A stretch of 64,000 nt of DNA from Glaucostegus cemiculus (Eukaryota): positions 21,576,001 through 21,640,000 of the forward strand of contig CDPCPM010000007.1 in the NCBI GenBank assembly GCA_976551045.1, in the 5' to 3' direction. How positions within the stretch are numbered: position 1 is the stretch's first letter; every line of letters begins with the position of its first letter. The position numbers were made by a program, and so were the translations under genes. Of the stretch, positions 61,361 through 64,000 are shown in pieces. The notes beneath the pieces are model-generated. The model saw only the letters and a list, made by a program, of their open reading frames with translations. It was not told the origin of the DNA and did not search any database.

Positions 61361-62739
61361 ATGACATCGCAGCACTTATGCCTAGAAAGCCACTTATTTT
61401 TGTCATATTTAGGGCAAAATGGGTTAAAAAATGTCTTTCTCACCAGAAAGGATCTTTTTTCAAGAATGAGTAACCAAAATAATTTGTTATTGCTGAGTGC
61501 AGCCATTCCATTCCTTTGTTCTAAATATTTCTGCTTCAGTACCTACCATGACAAAAGCATCTCACTGAAAGCAAATCTGACAACCTATTGTTTAAGTTCA
61601 TTGTGCTTCTGATTGTGTGTCGATCTGTTCTGACCTCCAACAGTGTCAGGAAGTTCTGAAGAAGCCTTGTGGATTGTGATTCTATTTGTCTTTGGGTGTA
61701 GGCCATTTTCCATTCAAGAAGAAAGTCAAAAAAGATTAGCATTCTGGACAACACACTTTTCAAGGGAACCTAGATTTCAAATAAAGTTCTTAAAGGAATA
61801 CTGATTATGAAATTTCAATCATATGATAGCACTGATTAAGATGGTTAAAACTAGGAAAGATAATTATTACACTGAAGCACTGCAGGATTTGACTATTTTA
61901 TGTTAGTTTGACTTCCATGGAAGTGTCAATCAATTTCTTTTGGCTTTAAGTTGTAGTGAGAGTGTTCCTTGAAGTAACACCTGTTGCCAAGGCAACCTCA
62001 TTCCTCTGTGAGCTTCATCTTTTGAATTTGAGAAGTTGCAAGGTCCATTAATAGCATTTCATGTCAAATTCGGTTCTCTGGATGTTATCTGTTAACATTT
62101 TGATCATCTTTCAGCCTGTGCTCGCACTCCTAAATTGACACCAGATCATCATTTGCCTCCCATTTAAATTTCTCATCCTTGTGTTCAGATCCCTTCATGG
62201 TCTCTGTATGTACCCCTTCCAGCTCTGCAGCCTTCTGAGAACTCCATCTTTCCCCAGAGCTGACCCTTTTGCCTTCACCTATTATTGACGTCTGATTCTT
62301 CAGTTCTTCATGTCCAAAGAACTGGAATTTCTTCTCTGAGATCCCGGCTCTCCCCTTTTCTCTTCAACCCAACCTTAAACTCTTCCAGCCAAACTTTTGC
62401 TTACACCTAATAGTTTCTTTGGCTCAGTGACAAATTTTGCCTGGTTGCATATCAGTGAAGCAATTTATGTTGTTTTAGTATGCTTAACATTATTCCATAA
62501 ATCTAAGCTGTTGGTTTCAGATGGTAGCAATTCATTTGATGACTCATGAAGACAGTAAGTTGTCAGCCCTTTAGAAGCACTAGTCTCCCATAATACTATT
62601 ACTCCTCCATAATTCTTAATTTACCATCATGAAGAAAATCTGATTTTTTTTAACCCAAGATGGCTGACTTCATGGCTTACATCATTCATTTTCAGCTGAC
62701 ACAGTGTGTCCATTCACATTCACATTCACATTCACATAC

Positions 62740-63056
62740 AGGCATGGTAGTATAGTGGTTAGCATAATGCTTCACAGCGTCAGCGACCCAGGGTCAAATC
62801 CGGCCACTGCCTGTAAGGAGTTTGTACGTTCTCCCCGTGTCTGTGTGGGTTTCCTCTGGGTGCTCCGGTTTCCTCCCACATTCCAAAGACGTACAGGTTA
62901 GGAAGTTGTGGGCATGCTATGTTGGTGCCAGAAGCGTGGCGACACTTGCAGGCTGCCCCCCAAATCACTACGCAAAATGTTGTATTTCACTGTGTGTTTC
63001 GATGTACATGTGACTAATAAAGAGATCTTGTCTTATCTTATCTTATCTTATCTTAC
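62740..63056 (+). mobile_element. tRNA-derived SINE with (TCTTA)n tail, preceded by (CATTCA)n
   Basis: A-box-like tagtatagtggttag. Central domain shared with 60328-60590 but a different 3' tail ending aataaa...(tctta)n. Confidence 0.85.
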
Positions 63057-64000
63057 ATAAATTGCATATGTCCACTTGCAAGTTACTATTCCTATCTACC
63101 CCTTGCAATGTACTGTGAGTCCTCTTCCTTACTCACTGAGAGGATCATTGTGTTTTGGTGAGAACCCAGCACTGGCATAGATGTTGAATAACTTCAAACT
63201 GTGATGACATATCAGTGGGGACATATAGTCCTTTGTCATAAACTGTCAGGAACGTTCTAACTCTCTGAACTCTGATACCTGGGACAGCATCCATTGGGAC
63301 CATGCCACTGGCCTCCAAGATGTAGAGGGCCAGAAAAATAAACAGATCTTCCACCTTTATCAAGTGGTATTATGGAAGCATTCCTGCTTTCTTCCTTCTG
63401 ACGCTTCACTGTTCCCCCACTAAATCCTTTATTCCTTTCTCTTCCCCATCTACAACCCCACGTTAAGTCCTCTCCAAGCCTTCCTTTGGTCTCCGGCCCT
63501 AGAAAATCTTTGGGAAATAGATTGTCATTCAGTGAGTGGAAATCTCAGGTAAGTTTTCAGTTGGCTGCCTGAGCTGATTGAAACCTCGGGAAAGGTTCAG
63601 TTGACCGTTCACTGGTTCCTAGAGTTGGCTGGGTGACATCTCTTCCAGTCTCAGGAAGCCAGTTCAAAGTTGGCGAGCTGGCAGAAATTACTCCTGAAGA
63701 AAGTCTGTGAAGTCTTTGGCTGCTTGGTCCATACTGCCTAAGGTTGGCAGTGTATGAGCTCCTACTGTGTTGCAGATGGTTTCTTGAGTGCAGATTCTCC
63801 AGTCTATTCATTCTCAGGCTGGGAAAGTGAGTCGAACCCCTGTATGACTGCACAAAGGTAATGATGTAATTGTTGGATATGCTATTTGAAAATCAATTCA
63901 CTCACCTTGACAATCTGTGTTAGTGATCTCCCTCATTCACTGTTCCTGAATTAAAACTCCTGGCATTGATTTGCATGACTTTCTGTCTATTGAGCATGTG

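Noticed and set aside
63557-63853. 98-aa - strand ORF
   Set aside because: Non-ATG start, no domain or splice support; left unassigned.

Overview
AT-rich, repeat-dense vertebrate genomic DNA. The repeat set (CR1 with TTCTATG/TCTTGTGA tails, Rex1/Babar, Penelope, tRNA-derived SINEs with CR1-like tails) suggests a cartilaginous fish (shark or ray); this is an inference. Two host genes lie on the + strand: the last four coding exons of PCMTD1 (1088-17868) and, about 20.6 kb downstream, the first coding exon of a peroxidasin-family gene. The PCMTD1-PXDNL tandem order known from human chr8q11 points to PXDNL. The rest is intron or intergenic DNA full of mobile elements. These include a full-length IR/DR Tc1 transposon (14377-15980) and a full-length, CpG-crippled Gypsy/Ty3 LTR retrotransposon (48937-53199) with a tRNA-Trp PBS and a G GGA AAC -1 frameshift signal plus stem. 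There is also a related solo LTR, two large Rex1/Babar LINE copies, nested CR1s, and Penelope pieces with degenerate hammerhead-like motifs. I found no clearly new multi-gene system. The most unusual signals are the strongly one-sided LTR-LTR divergence next to an ETS-CRE motif, a composite templated-looking insertion (a ~365 bp inverted repeat joined to a ~95 bp copy of sequence 39 kb away), and several other fold-back structures.
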